From an uncultured Bdellovibrio sp. (GTDB taxonomy: Bacteria > Bdellovibrionota > Bdellovibrionia > Bdellovibrionales > Bdellovibrionaceae): a stretch of 64,000 nt of DNA. The notes beneath the pieces are model-generated. The model did no database searches, was not told the DNA's origin, and worked only from the letters and a program-made list of their open reading frames with translations. Where the stretch lies: positions 32,001-96,000 of the forward strand of contig CAWVRN010000013.1 of assembly GCA_963932905.1 (NCBI GenBank), given 5' to 3'. A program made the position numbers and the translations under genes. Below are positions 20,698 through 30,646 of this stretch, one piece after another; the stretch's first letter is position 1; each line of letters starts with the position of its first letter.

Positions 20698-22571
20698 ATC
20701 TGTAGACAAGTTTTTGGTTGCGTTAAAAAAGCGACTTTGTTTAGAAATGGTTGTGTAGCTAACTCAAATAATTCGCGTACATTCTTGTCCTTAAAGATAG
20801 TCGAATGCTTAAGCGATAGCGTATTTATGAAATCATGGCATTCACCAGGTAAAACTTGACCCAAGCATTGCATTAATTCGCGATGATATAAAAAATAGAA
20901 CATATTAAAATAGGCTTCCAGTTTAATCGTCATACTTGGAACAAACGGATTATCAAAGTAGGAAAATTGATTTTTTGATTTACCAGCTATCACCAAAAAT
21001 ATTTGTTCTTTTACACTTTCAATAAGTTTAGCCGGCTCATCCGGCAAATAATCCAATGATTTCCAAACGAATTTGTAAAAATCGGCTGCCGAGATTGAAA
21101 ACTGTTTTTGAACATGTTTTCTAATTTCGGTAAAAAATCCAGACAATTCCATTGCCCTAGTTAAGTGATCCATAAAATACATCTCTGCCCAGTCTTGTTG
21201 AGAATAAGAAGCCGTCGAGGTGACGATGGCATATTGGCTTTGATGGACTAAATTAGTTAGTAAATGAGTTTCACCTTTATTATAAACTTGCGCTCTTAAA
21301 TCTCCACCGACATGGAACCGGATTTGGCTTGTTTTTATTTTATATTGTTCGATATAGCTTGGCTCGCTGGCTGGAGTACCAGGCAGCAAAGACCACGCAT
21401 ATCTCTCCGTTGTCCAATCATCAACTCTATCCAACAGACATAATTCATCATAAAACGACTTTAAATTGCTTTCTGGCAAACCCAAAACAATTTCAAACTT
21501 CAATCTAAGATTGTACTTATTTTTTATTTGTAATGCTTTAGTTAGCAAAACATCCAAAGGAATATTTTTTCTTTTTATAGCAGACAAAATTCGATCGTTT
21601 GTTCCGTTTATTGCCAGATGATACGAGTCTCTCTCAGTAAGGCCCGCCTCAATCAGCAACGTATCTATTTCTTCATTTACATCCCAATTATTTTTTGACT
21701 TACCAAATAGGTAAATTTGTTTCAAATTTCCTTTTTTTGAAATCTCTACCAACTGCTTAATTATGTTTAAATCACGCTCTTTAAAGATTCCAAAATTTGC
21801 ATCTGTAATTCTAACTTCGTTGATGCCCATCGCATCTATATAATCCAGTTCGTTTTTAATAATATGATCGGGTTTAGTAAGAACCTTGGTATTTGTTCCC
21901 CCACCCCATTCACAATAAGTACAACGATAAGGACAACCTCGAGTTGTTTCCCAATTGGTGGCCAAATAACTAGATTTTTTATAAATTTTCTGAAGGTCGA
22001 TATCAAAATCTTTAGCCTCGTTAAATATGTTTTCCGGCCAATTGAACACAGTTTTTTTTTCCACTAAAGATTTTTTAATTTTTCTATCTTTGGAATCGAG
22101 ATAAAGAGAGTAGGGAATTTTTTCGGGCGAAATCTTGTCTTCTGCGATTTGATCTAACAAGGAAGTGAAAAACTCTTCTCCCCGTCCGGGATACTGGCAA
22201 ACAATGTCTACAAAACTATTTTCAATAAACCAGTTTTCATTTTCATGTACCGTTAAGTCAGGCCCACCGAAAGCAATCAATACGCCAGGGAGACGTTTTT
22301 TCACTTCTTTTGCCAAATCAAAATTTAGCTGCCGATTCCAAATCAAACAACTGAACCCAATTACGTCTGGCTGTATACTGACAATATGTTTTATTAGATC
22401 ATGAAATCCAAAAAAGGAAATATCTTCCAATGGAGGCAACCAATCCCAACTATCAAAATTCGCCCCATTTTCACGATAATAGGACTTTAGCAAAAGATAC
22501 AAAAAAGGCAGTTCAATCGATTCTGAAGGAATCGTGGGGTTAACAAGTAAAATCCTCTTTTTTGTTTTCAT
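20694..22571 (-). CDS. Cobalamin-binding (class B) radical SAM protein
   Basis: B12-binding domain (PDVIGFSCLIWN...AFGGPD), TTRGCPYRCTYC and ITDANFG. Confidence 0.88.
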   Translation of the reverse strand: MKTKKRILLVNPTIPSESIELPFLYLLLKSYYRENGANFDSWDWLPPLEDISFFGFHDLIKHIVSIQPDVIGFSCLIWNRQLNFDLAKEVKKRLPGVLIAFGGPDLTVHENENWFIENSFVDIVCQYPGRGEEFFTSLLDQIAEDKISPEKIPYSLYLDSKDRKIKKSLVEKKTVFNWPENIFNEAKDFDIDLQKIYKKSSYLATNWETTRGCPYRCTYCEWGGGTNTKVLTKPDHIIKNELDYIDAMGINEVRITDANFGIFKERDLNIIKQLVEISKKGNLKQIYLFGKSKNNWDVNEEIDTLLIEAGLTERDSYHLAINGTNDRILSAIKRKNIPLDVLLTKALQIKNKYNLRLKFEIVLGLPESNLKSFYDELCLLDRVDDWTTERYAWSLLPGTPASEPSYIEQYKIKTSQIRFHVGGDLRAQVYNKGETHLLTNLVHQSQYAIVTSTASYSQQDWAEMYFMDHLTRAMELSGFFTEIRKHVQKQFSISAADFYKFVWKSLDYLPDEPAKLIESVKEQIFLVIAGKSKNQFSYFDNPFVPSMTIKLEAYFNMFYFLYHRELMQCLGQVLPGECHDFINTLSLKHSTIFKDKNVRELFELATQPFLNKVAFLTQPKTCLQI

Positions 22572-22640
22572 TGAATCAGTTTCAAAGAAAAACTACAATT
22601 TGACATCGATAAAACCAAGTCGACCAGGTGCGGCGGGTAA

Positions 22641-23501
22641 CTAGAAAATTGAAAGGGTCGACAAGTCCTCGATTTGCTTTTGATTGTAAAGATAAAAAAT
22701 GTGACGAAGCAATGCTGGGTTAGAAAAAGCGGTACATGAACTTAACGTAAAGTAGGCAAATGAAATCGGACAATTCATTTCACTTTCTAAATAGTCATCA
22801 ATCGAAATCTCGGAGTTAAAAAAATGACGTTCTGAAAATAATTTTAGAGAAAACCGTTTATACATTCTAGGAACTTCTTGATAAAATATATCCCTCAGTT
22901 CTTTCAAATTATATTTCGAAAGTATATATTTCTTCTGATTTCGATTAAACAGGGGATCGTGTAGAAAATTGTAACTTTGATTTAAATGTTGGTTACTTTG
23001 AACGATACGACTAGATAAATCGTCTTTCATTTCACAAAATAAATCTAAAGAAAACTCTACAACTGATTCACGAACTTTTTCAAGCAACAGCTGACTTACA
23101 GAAGTATTCAGCTGGTTACCCGTTAATTTACACGTTAAATAGGAGGCAACTAAAAATTCTAAATGCATTTCCATCATCGTCTCTTTTTCAAATCGGAGAT
23201 CATTACCAATGATCTCCGACGATTTAGAAAGATAACCATGCAAATATCTAAATTCTGACACGGAAATATTTCCTTCATAAAGCTTGGCATATAAGCGATT
23301 GCTGTAATGATTTATGTGCATAGATATAATTTTTTCTAAATGCTCCTCGGAAATATTTTTAAAATTTATTCTATACCAATTTTTTATACAGGATCGAAGC
23401 TGGGAAACACCATCTACTTTAAAATATAATTTGTTATGGCTAAAACCGTCCGCATTAGTTGAGTCAAATAACAGAAATGTTTTTTTTGAAAGTGAAATCA
23501 A
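22641..23501 (-). CDS. Hypothetical protein (island paralog family A)
   Basis: 286-aa ORF with 4-bp overlap to the upstream gene; shares DPLFN and terminal motifs with 23498-24571. Confidence 0.65.
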   Translation of the reverse strand: MISLSKKTFLLFDSTNADGFSHNKLYFKVDGVSQLRSCIKNWYRINFKNISEEHLEKIISMHINHYSNRLYAKLYEGNISVSEFRYLHGYLSKSSEIIGNDLRFEKETMMEMHLEFLVASYLTCKLTGNQLNTSVSQLLLEKVRESVVEFSLDLFCEMKDDLSSRIVQSNQHLNQSYNFLHDPLFNRNQKKYILSKYNLKELRDIFYQEVPRMYKRFSLKLFSERHFFNSEISIDDYLESEMNCPISFAYFTLSSCTAFSNPALLRHIFYLYNQKQIEDLSTLSIF

Positions 23502-24571
23502 TTGATACTCGCTCGGTGCATACTAAGTGCCCAATCCACAATAAAAGGATTAATCTGCCGATCATATTGAAATCGATTAAACAAGACTCGCGTAATTCCA
23601 GACTCTGCTTCGAATTTCAAAACGTCGCCAAATGAAAGATCTCTTTTGAACAGGCAAGATGAAATCCCTTTATAAACCTCGCCACTCGACATATCGGTCA
23701 AAGTTAAAAGGCTGTCCCGAACTGATACTAAATCATTTAAATCGTAATTGTTCCAAACATGACTAACGTTATCGGCATTAAAAAGCGGATCAGCCATCCA
23801 CAAGGGAAGATCGCCATTTCGTACGCGGTCGACAATATCACTCCAATTAAATTGGTTTTCATCCTTGAAGGTTATAATTTTTCCGTCTGAGATTCCTTGA
23901 ATTCTAAAATGATTTAAAGCTAAAACAGATCCAACTTCTCGAAGATAGTCCGTGATCAATTGCTTTTTAACAATATGCAAAGCTCGTTCTTCAAATTTCA
24001 AATTCTCATCACCACGGTCATTTTTTAACAGATGAAGCAATTGAAATTCAAAACCGATTTTGCTTTTTGGTAAGCTTTTAACCGAAGTTAGCTTAGACAA
24101 AACGTGTCTTACCTTTCCGTCTGAATGTCCATAGTACCCTATGTTTTTCACCCGTTCTTTCTCTACCTCTAAAAACTGTGCTGAATGCTTAATGTATAAT
24201 GTTGCTAGAACGCCTTGATCTTCTTCATTGAGGCCAAACAAAAAATAAAATAAACGTTTTAGAATCTTGAACGAGTCGTCCCAACTTGCAACGATAACGA
24301 AAACCGTTGTCTGATTTTGGCTAGTTTCTAACTGATGACTTAAATCAAGAAAAGTATTTGAGGAACTACCCTGATCCATATCGAACTCACCGATTTGATT
24401 TAAACCAGAGTCAATATTCTTAATAATATCTAAGACCGTGTTCTCACCCAGATAGGGATCCAATTCGTCTCTAAAATCTAAAACTGAAAATCGATGTATA
24501 CCAGGCGCCCTCGCTGAGCCTGTAATATTAGATTTTGGATAAAGAAACAGACCCTCTCGGAGAAAAATCAT
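23498..24571 (-). CDS. Hypothetical protein (island paralog family A)
   Basis: 357-aa ORF; MIFLREGLFL...DPLFN...INPFIVDW. Confidence 0.65.
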   Translation of the reverse strand: MIFLREGLFLYPKSNITGSARAPGIHRFSVLDFRDELDPYLGENTVLDIIKNIDSGLNQIGEFDMDQGSSSNTFLDLSHQLETSQNQTTVFVIVASWDDSFKILKRLFYFLFGLNEEDQGVLATLYIKHSAQFLEVEKERVKNIGYYGHSDGKVRHVLSKLTSVKSLPKSKIGFEFQLLHLLKNDRGDENLKFEERALHIVKKQLITDYLREVGSVLALNHFRIQGISDGKIITFKDENQFNWSDIVDRVRNGDLPLWMADPLFNADNVSHVWNNYDLNDLVSVRDSLLTLTDMSSGEVYKGISSCLFKRDLSFGDVLKFEAESGITRVLFNRFQYDRQINPFIVDWALSMHRASIN

Positions 24572-24672
24572 ACCTTAGGGTACTTTACGATTATGCAGAT
24601 CGCATTTCCCAACGCAGTGTGTATTGTTTGATTTCCAAGCAACTCAAATCTAGCGTGTTATTTATATTGGCT

Positions 24673-25512
24673 ATGTCTTCAAATATTTCTATTCAAAATT
24701 TCCTATCACAAAAATATATTTTTGAAGAAAGATATAACCTAAATAAACGCCCGGAACTAATTCGACATTATTCAACTTTAAAGAGTGAAGCCGATAAATT
24801 GTTTTTCAACCAAACTATAGATTTTTCAAGTCTTTCATTCTATGCAAATAGCCAAAATTCAGATATTTGCCAGTGGTTTCTAAAAAATATTTCGACTGAA
24901 GCTCACTATTATGACTTTTCAATTCCTATGAGCCCCATTACACCTCTCGATTTCTATTTCGACGTTAGTCCCATAAATCACCGCCCTTGGAAAATGATAT
25001 TGTTTATTTACAGTCCGTATACCTGCGACTCCCATGGACCTCTTACGCACCCTACTCATGTACAAAAATTTTTTCAGGAAAAAGAGGAAGAATACTTACC
25101 CAAATCTTTCTTTATTGAAGATCTCGAACTTGGTTGGATTTGCTATGATGATTTCGACACATTTACTTTTGTCCATCATATTCAACTGAAGGGGAAACTT
25201 AAAAGCCTGCTTAACAACTACGATTTGAAATGGTTTTACAGATTTATGGCGCGAAGCTTACCACATTTTTTCTCAAAAAAAACAAATCCCATCATTATCC
25301 CCACGGCTTCCATGTACGATAAACTGATGAAACGGGCTACCAAAAATTCTGGAATCTGTATTCAACCATACAGCGAACGAATACTGGGAAGTTCGGGTTT
25401 TAAAAAAATAGACAGTCAAATATTTGATCTTCATTTTCCCGGAGAGCTCAAAAAAATGATTTTAAATAAATATCTCACTCCAAGTGAAATTGAGTTTTGG
25501 AGATATCCTTAA
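24673..25512 (+). CDS. Hypothetical protein
   Basis: Long ORF; start moved to the ATG at 24673 to avoid overlap with the divergent gene. Confidence 0.55.
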   Translation: MSSNISIQNFLSQKYIFEERYNLNKRPELIRHYSTLKSEADKLFFNQTIDFSSLSFYANSQNSDICQWFLKNISTEAHYYDFSIPMSPITPLDFYFDVSPINHRPWKMILFIYSPYTCDSHGPLTHPTHVQKFFQEKEEEYLPKSFFIEDLELGWICYDDFDTFTFVHHIQLKGKLKSLLNNYDLKWFYRFMARSLPHFFSKKTNPIIIPTASMYDKLMKRATKNSGICIQPYSERILGSSGFKKIDSQIFDLHFPGELKKMILNKYLTPSEIEFWRYP

Positions 25513-25540
25513 GCCAAGAATCCAACTAAACTCTGCACGA

Positions 25541-26158
25541 TTAATCCAATATTCGAATTTTCTTATTTTGATGAAAATGACGTGCTTTAGTCATGAGTAC
25601 CGCGATTGTCATACGTGGTTGATCGCCAAAATACGGTCTCACAACGTGTGATAAAAACGCAGGAAAAATAGCCAATCTATTTTCTTTTGGCTTTACGTAT
25701 ACTATTCCATTTGGGTAGTCAGTCGCCGTCGAATTTTTATATACCGCCAATTCTCCTCCCAAATACCGATCATCTTTGGGCTCATCTATATTTAAATAAA
25801 ACGTGATGGCAAAATATCCCCCCTCGGCCTGGTCATGATGAGTGTGAGTAATATATTCATCTGCCATCGTCTCACCATAATGTAGGACTTGATGAACCTG
25901 AAAATGAATTATTTCAAATTGCGAGCTGTCTTCTCCTGCATTCTGACAATAGTTCGTGAATGCACTTAATAAAAAACGCCGAAACAAATCAACTTCGGTA
26001 GGTAACCGATCATGATCAAAATTAATCATGGGGAATTTTTTCTGTCTTTTAAACTCCTCGAACATGAAGTTCTTCAGCTTCGCAAATTCGATGTCTGGTA
26101 ATACGTTATCTTCTATTTGAATGTGTGTGGGCCAGAGGGTGTGAAAAGCCATGCTCAA
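25541..26158 (-). CDS. 2OG-Fe(II) oxygenase superfamily protein
   Basis: HHD (HxD), FYLN, GGEL, IFPAFLSHVV and RMTIA motifs. Confidence 0.85.
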   Translation of the reverse strand: MSMAFHTLWPTHIQIEDNVLPDIEFAKLKNFMFEEFKRQKKFPMINFDHDRLPTEVDLFRRFLLSAFTNYCQNAGEDSSQFEIIHFQVHQVLHYGETMADEYITHTHHDQAEGGYFAITFYLNIDEPKDDRYLGGELAVYKNSTATDYPNGIVYVKPKENRLAIFPAFLSHVVRPYFGDQPRMTIAVLMTKARHFHQNKKIRILD

Positions 26159-26286
26159 TAGTGTCCTGGCCTGACTATAAAATCAATTTTGTCCTAACTT
26201 GACGCAAGATGCGAAAATAGTGCCGATAGCGTGTTTTACTTTATATAATTTCTATTTCTTGTTCGAATAAATGTTAGATTAAATTT

Positions 26287-27231
26287 ATGAAAAAACTTAT
26301 AGTGAGCGTAAACCCATCCTATCTTTGCAACTTAAAATGCAAGTTCTGTTATTTGACGAAAGAGCAACTTAGCGACCCACATAAGTTAGATATAAAAACC
26401 CTTGAACACAAAATTAAAGATTTAGCTGATGTATTTGAAATTACCAAGTTTGACTTATATGGCGGGGAATTTGCCGTTTTACCGCTGTCCTATCAAAATG
26501 ATGTAGTTTCAGTGTTACAGCACTATGCGCGTGACAAAGTAAACATAATTACGAATTTGACTAAACTCAGCGATATTTTTTTTGATGAAGCGTTGGATAT
26601 AAGCGTGAGCTTTGACTTTTCTGCGAGAGAACAACATGAACTAGTTTTAAAAAATATTGGATTTCTAAATCGTCCTATTTCCATACTTATGCTAGCGTCA
26701 CCGGATTTGATGAAACTCGATCATGAAATGATGATTCAAACATTTAATATTTTTAGAAACATTATCAGTGTAGAAATTAAGCCTTACTCGACGAACCAAG
26801 CGAATGCCTTAAGTACTAAATTTAGCTCTTTTGAAGAATTCGTAAAAAAATGGATTTCTGCAAAAACAAAAAAAAACTTCTCGTTTGAAAATGAAAATCG
26901 CATTCAAAAAAGTTTAAAAAGATCTTACTCTGCTTTTTCCGATGATCATATTTACATCACTCCTTCTGGAAAATACGCAGTATTGGAATTTGACAAAGCC
27001 GACAACGAATTCTTTCTTGAGCTAAATTCCATTGAAGACTATTTAAATTGGTGCCAGCAGGAACCAAATAAACTGACTCCCATCTGTCAGTCTTGTGAAT
27101 ATTTGGGCAATTGTTTAACAGAGCATTATCGACAAGTAAAATCCTTGGAAAACAGCTGCAATGGTTTTAAATTCTTACTGGATTGGTATCGAAATGAAAA
27201 AATGGAAAATAAATCAGCAGATTTATCATAA
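26287..27231 (+). CDS. Radical SAM protein with C-terminal Cys cluster
   Basis: CNLKCKFC, YGGE and CQSCEYLGNC...CNG. Confidence 0.88.
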   Translation: MKKLIVSVNPSYLCNLKCKFCYLTKEQLSDPHKLDIKTLEHKIKDLADVFEITKFDLYGGEFAVLPLSYQNDVVSVLQHYARDKVNIITNLTKLSDIFFDEALDISVSFDFSAREQHELVLKNIGFLNRPISILMLASPDLMKLDHEMMIQTFNIFRNIISVEIKPYSTNQANALSTKFSSFEEFVKKWISAKTKKNFSFENENRIQKSLKRSYSAFSDDHIYITPSGKYAVLEFDKADNEFFLELNSIEDYLNWCQQEPNKLTPICQSCEYLGNCLTEHYRQVKSLENSCNGFKFLLDWYRNEKMENKSADLS

Positions 27232-27607
27232 ACTCACAGACAAACATTCGGACGACTTAAACACCTTAAGCATACGTTATGATAGCAATATTGCCAAATC
27301 GACGGTTTCCTATTTTCGAGGAAAAACGACGGGTCTAGTTTATCCCGCTAAAAGCTATTTCGTGGGAATTTGTTACGCCAAATGGATACAGCAAGACTTT
27401 GGAGATAGTTTTAAAGACAACCTAGACGATGCGGAGCTTTTATTCAAAAATGACCCTTACTTTAAACGGTATTCAGAAGCAAAAGATGTTTATGACCAGA
27501 TTCTTAGTATCGTTGGGCTTAACTTCGATGAATCGGTAGGTATTATTCCCGTGGTGCGACAATATTACCTAAATGAAATTCAACTCAAAGGATTTGATAA
27601 TCCATAA
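27194..27607 (+). CDS. Hypothetical protein coupled to the radical SAM gene
   Basis: Overlaps the end of the radical SAM gene; start taken at MKKWK. Confidence 0.6.
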   Translation: MKKWKINQQIYHKLTDKHSDDLNTLSIRYDSNIAKSTVSYFRGKTTGLVYPAKSYFVGICYAKWIQQDFGDSFKDNLDDAELLFKNDPYFKRYSEAKDVYDQILSIVGLNFDESVGIIPVVRQYYLNEIQLKGFDNP

Positions 27608-27672
27608 AACTTCTTTGTAGAAATACCGAAGTAAGTATTAATATAAATATAGATAGGAGCATCGGAGGAAGC

Positions 27673-28281
27673 TTGGAAATTCAAACTCAGTTTATCAATC
27701 CGTTTCCAGTTGAGTTACTTGTACGAGATTTCGAAATGCCTCCAAACTGGAATGAGAATTTGGATTTATTTATTCGCACCCAAGTTTTCAAAAACCAACA
27801 AATATATAATCCGAACAATCCTAGCATGTTTGATGAAATCAATATCTTTGCAAATGAATATGTTGATAAAAGTGAAGAACTGCAAATCCTCTATAAAATG
27901 TTTTACGACGGCTTTAAAGATCTTGCCCTACATAGTGACCCGAACATTTTACCTGAATCTATTTCTAAAATGGATTTTAAGGGAAAAGTCCCTTTCATGA
28001 AGTCTGGCGACTTTAAGAAAGTTCACAATCATGTTAAGGCGGATGCCTACGGAATTTTTTATTTGAATGAAATCGCACCCAAGTCTGGTGGCCAACTGAT
28101 CTTGCACCATCCTGTTTTTCACAATCAAGTATATTATACCGCTCCTGCAGAGTATCCTATTCCTCATAAAAAAAATCGCCTCATTGTTGGTCCTAGCTAT
28201 GTATGGCACGAAGTGAGCTATTATTCGGGTAAAACGGAACGGCAGGTTATATCTGCTGACTGCAACCTATTTTGGACATAA
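27673..28281 (+). CDS. 2OG-Fe(II) oxygenase-like protein
   Basis: HNH, FYLN, GGQL, PSYVWHEV and RQVIS motifs; GGAGG RBS before a TTG start. Confidence 0.8.
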   Translation: MEIQTQFINPFPVELLVRDFEMPPNWNENLDLFIRTQVFKNQQIYNPNNPSMFDEINIFANEYVDKSEELQILYKMFYDGFKDLALHSDPNILPESISKMDFKGKVPFMKSGDFKKVHNHVKADAYGIFYLNEIAPKSGGQLILHHPVFHNQVYYTAPAEYPIPHKKNRLIVGPSYVWHEVSYYSGKTERQVISADCNLFWT

Positions 28282-28293
28282 AATTTTACGCGA

Positions 28294-28845
28294 GTGAGTA
28301 TCACAATGATTACAAAAAAATATATTGGCGCCGGTGCCTATGAAGTTCAAGGTTTGGGTAATGAAATTCTTTTTCCCATTCAAAGCCTCATACCAGGGGA
28401 TGAAATTAAATTCGAACGCGAAAACGATCGCCTAATTACGGCTGCAGTTAGCCACTTACCTAGCTTATTGGGACTTTTTATCTTAAATTCTGATTACGCG
28501 CAGACCAACGTTGACCATAATCAACTTACCCGAGCCTGGGCCTGGGAGTGGCATAGTGACTCGGTAAATAACCCTCAAGTAGATTGTAAAGTAATACTCT
28601 ACTTCGTCAGTGAGGACCTTACGGAAGAAACTGGAAATCGAATTTGCTTTAGAAAAAAAACAGAAAATAATGAATACACTTACGATATAAAAAATAACTC
28701 ATTGATCGTCCAACGTTCAGATCCACACGGAGTGTATCAACACAAAAGGGAACCAAGTCGAAAACCTATCAAAAGCAGAATTATTTTGTCAATGAATTGC
28801 CTGGGCTTCGATACTTTTTTAAAAAGTGTCCCCGATGCCATATAG
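28294..28845 (+). CDS. 2OG-Fe(II) oxygenase-like protein
   Basis: WEWHSD (HxD), VILYF, distal YQH and RIILS. Confidence 0.6.
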   Translation: MSITMITKKYIGAGAYEVQGLGNEILFPIQSLIPGDEIKFERENDRLITAAVSHLPSLLGLFILNSDYAQTNVDHNQLTRAWAWEWHSDSVNNPQVDCKVILYFVSEDLTEETGNRICFRKKTENNEYTYDIKNNSLIVQRSDPHGVYQHKREPSRKPIKSRIILSMNCLGFDTFLKSVPDAI

Positions 28846-28856
28846 CACAAACTCTG

Positions 28857-29726
28857 ATGACACAATTTAAAGTCTTTATTTTTTCTATATTTTTCGGCTC
28901 TACTACGTTGTTCGCAACCGAGGAATTTCAGTTCTTTTTTCAAAATGATTTATTTATCAGAAAAAATTCTTGCGGTGAAAAAGAAATAGGATATCCAAAA
29001 GCCATAAGAATTGAAACACATTTACCCAAAAGTATTATAAAAAATAATTTGAAAATAACCGTCAAAGAGGCGAACTCCAATTTTAGCCAAACAATTATAT
29101 ACAATGGAAGTTCATTTTTTTATCCTGGGGTGTTTGGGGAAAAGGGACATTCTGAATACGGAATGCCTTTGTGTGAAGCTCATTTGGCTGGCTGTAGTTT
29201 TTTCTTTTTTGTATTCGACTTTGAAAAGCTGTCTTCTAGAAGTATTTGGAAACTTGATATCAGAATAGAAGAACTCGATTCAAAAAAAATTGTCATCGAA
29301 AAATCTAAAATTCTAGTTAAAAACGAGTTTTCAAAAAAAAAGGACGCCTATTTAATAAATGAAATCGATTTTATAGATGCCACCCCCAGCAAAAACGCGG
29401 TTGCTTTGGTTAGTCCCCAAAAAATAAAAAAAATATTAAAAGAAGGATATAATGTGGACTTCATTTTTTCGTGGAGAAGCACAGAGGAACAAATTGGCTA
29501 TTCGGAAAAATTTCATAATATAAAATTAGATAGTGAATGGATAAAACAAAATAACCCGAAATTTCCATTTAACGAAGATCCAACGAAGCCGAAAACCTAT
29601 TTGAGCTTTATGGTTTATTTGACAAAAAAAAATGTCGCTTTTGAAACAAAAATTGTTATTTTAGATAACAAGTACTCAGATTTTTTTTCTAAGTGCAAAA
29701 ACCCGACTTCATCAGGTGGAAAATGA
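28857..29726 (+). CDS. Secreted hypothetical protein (island paralog family B)
   Basis: Signal peptide from MTQFK; strong visible similarity to 43891-44733. Confidence 0.7.
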   Translation: MTQFKVFIFSIFFGSTTLFATEEFQFFFQNDLFIRKNSCGEKEIGYPKAIRIETHLPKSIIKNNLKITVKEANSNFSQTIIYNGSSFFYPGVFGEKGHSEYGMPLCEAHLAGCSFFFFVFDFEKLSSRSIWKLDIRIEELDSKKIVIEKSKILVKNEFSKKKDAYLINEIDFIDATPSKNAVALVSPQKIKKILKEGYNVDFIFSWRSTEEQIGYSEKFHNIKLDSEWIKQNNPKFPFNEDPTKPKTYLSFMVYLTKKNVAFETKIVILDNKYSDFFSKCKNPTSSGGK

Positions 29727-30646
29727 AAAAGCTATTTTTTGTATGTTTTTCGGTTGTTATAATGATACTTCTTATCTGGACATTAAGTCCAAACCCTAGC
29801 AATTTGGTTATAACGCAGCAACAGGTAAAGGAACTTTCACCTAACCAACCACCTCAGGTTGACCATGTCAGGTTTCACAATATTATCTTAACTGAGAAAA
29901 ATGAGTGCGGGCAAACCCGAGAAAGCACTATTAGGGTATTTGATTTAGTATTTTTTGCTCCTCTGGAATTGACTAGGGACAAATTGAGAATCATCGTCAC
30001 AGAAGAGGTATCGGGCAACCAGCAAGAGATTTTTTTTGATGGAAACTCATTTTTGTATAAAAAATTAAATGCCAATTCCGATGTCCAAGACTTTGGAGTT
30101 CCTGAAAAATGCATAAGCCGCGATCCGTGTCCATTTTTTGTCAAAGTAAAACCCGAATATTGGAAAAATTTGAAAAGGGAAGTTCGGTTTTCCGTGAATA
30201 TATTTAACTCAAACAACCAATCCGAACCTGCACTGGTAAAAAAATATGACACAGAAGAGAATCAATTTTTAACTTCTTTTGCCGCCCCTCGAAACGAAAT
30301 CAGTGTTTTGTCTTCATTTGATCCAAAGACAAAGACAGTTTACGCTTATTTACCTAAAACCCCCGTCATTGACCAATTGAATAAAAGTACTGAGCTGTAT
30401 TTGGTCATACAGACAAAGAACAAAGTAGAGCAAAATTTTCTAGATAAATTTGAGTTCGATGTAAACCTTTTTGGACTAGAAAAGCGCATACGTGGAGACA
30501 ATTTTGAATACAAGACTAAGATAAATTCATCAGACCCTGCTTACCTCAATACAAGCTTTTATATGATTAGAAAAAACTTGTCCGAGGCCCACAGCGTAAT
30601 TTCTATAAACAAATCTGATCCATTTTTCAATTGTTCACAACAGTAG
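29723..30646 (+). CDS. Membrane-anchored hypothetical protein (family B, divergent)
   Basis: ATGA overlap; N-terminal TM helix; KNECG and terminal FFNC motifs. Confidence 0.65.
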   Translation: MKKLFFVCFSVVIMILLIWTLSPNPSNLVITQQQVKELSPNQPPQVDHVRFHNIILTEKNECGQTRESTIRVFDLVFFAPLELTRDKLRIIVTEEVSGNQQEIFFDGNSFLYKKLNANSDVQDFGVPEKCISRDPCPFFVKVKPEYWKNLKREVRFSVNIFNSNNQSEPALVKKYDTEENQFLTSFAAPRNEISVLSSFDPKTKTVYAYLPKTPVIDQLNKSTELYLVIQTKNKVEQNFLDKFEFDVNLFGLEKRIRGDNFEYKTKINSSDPAYLNTSFYMIRKNLSEAHSVISINKSDPFFNCSQQ

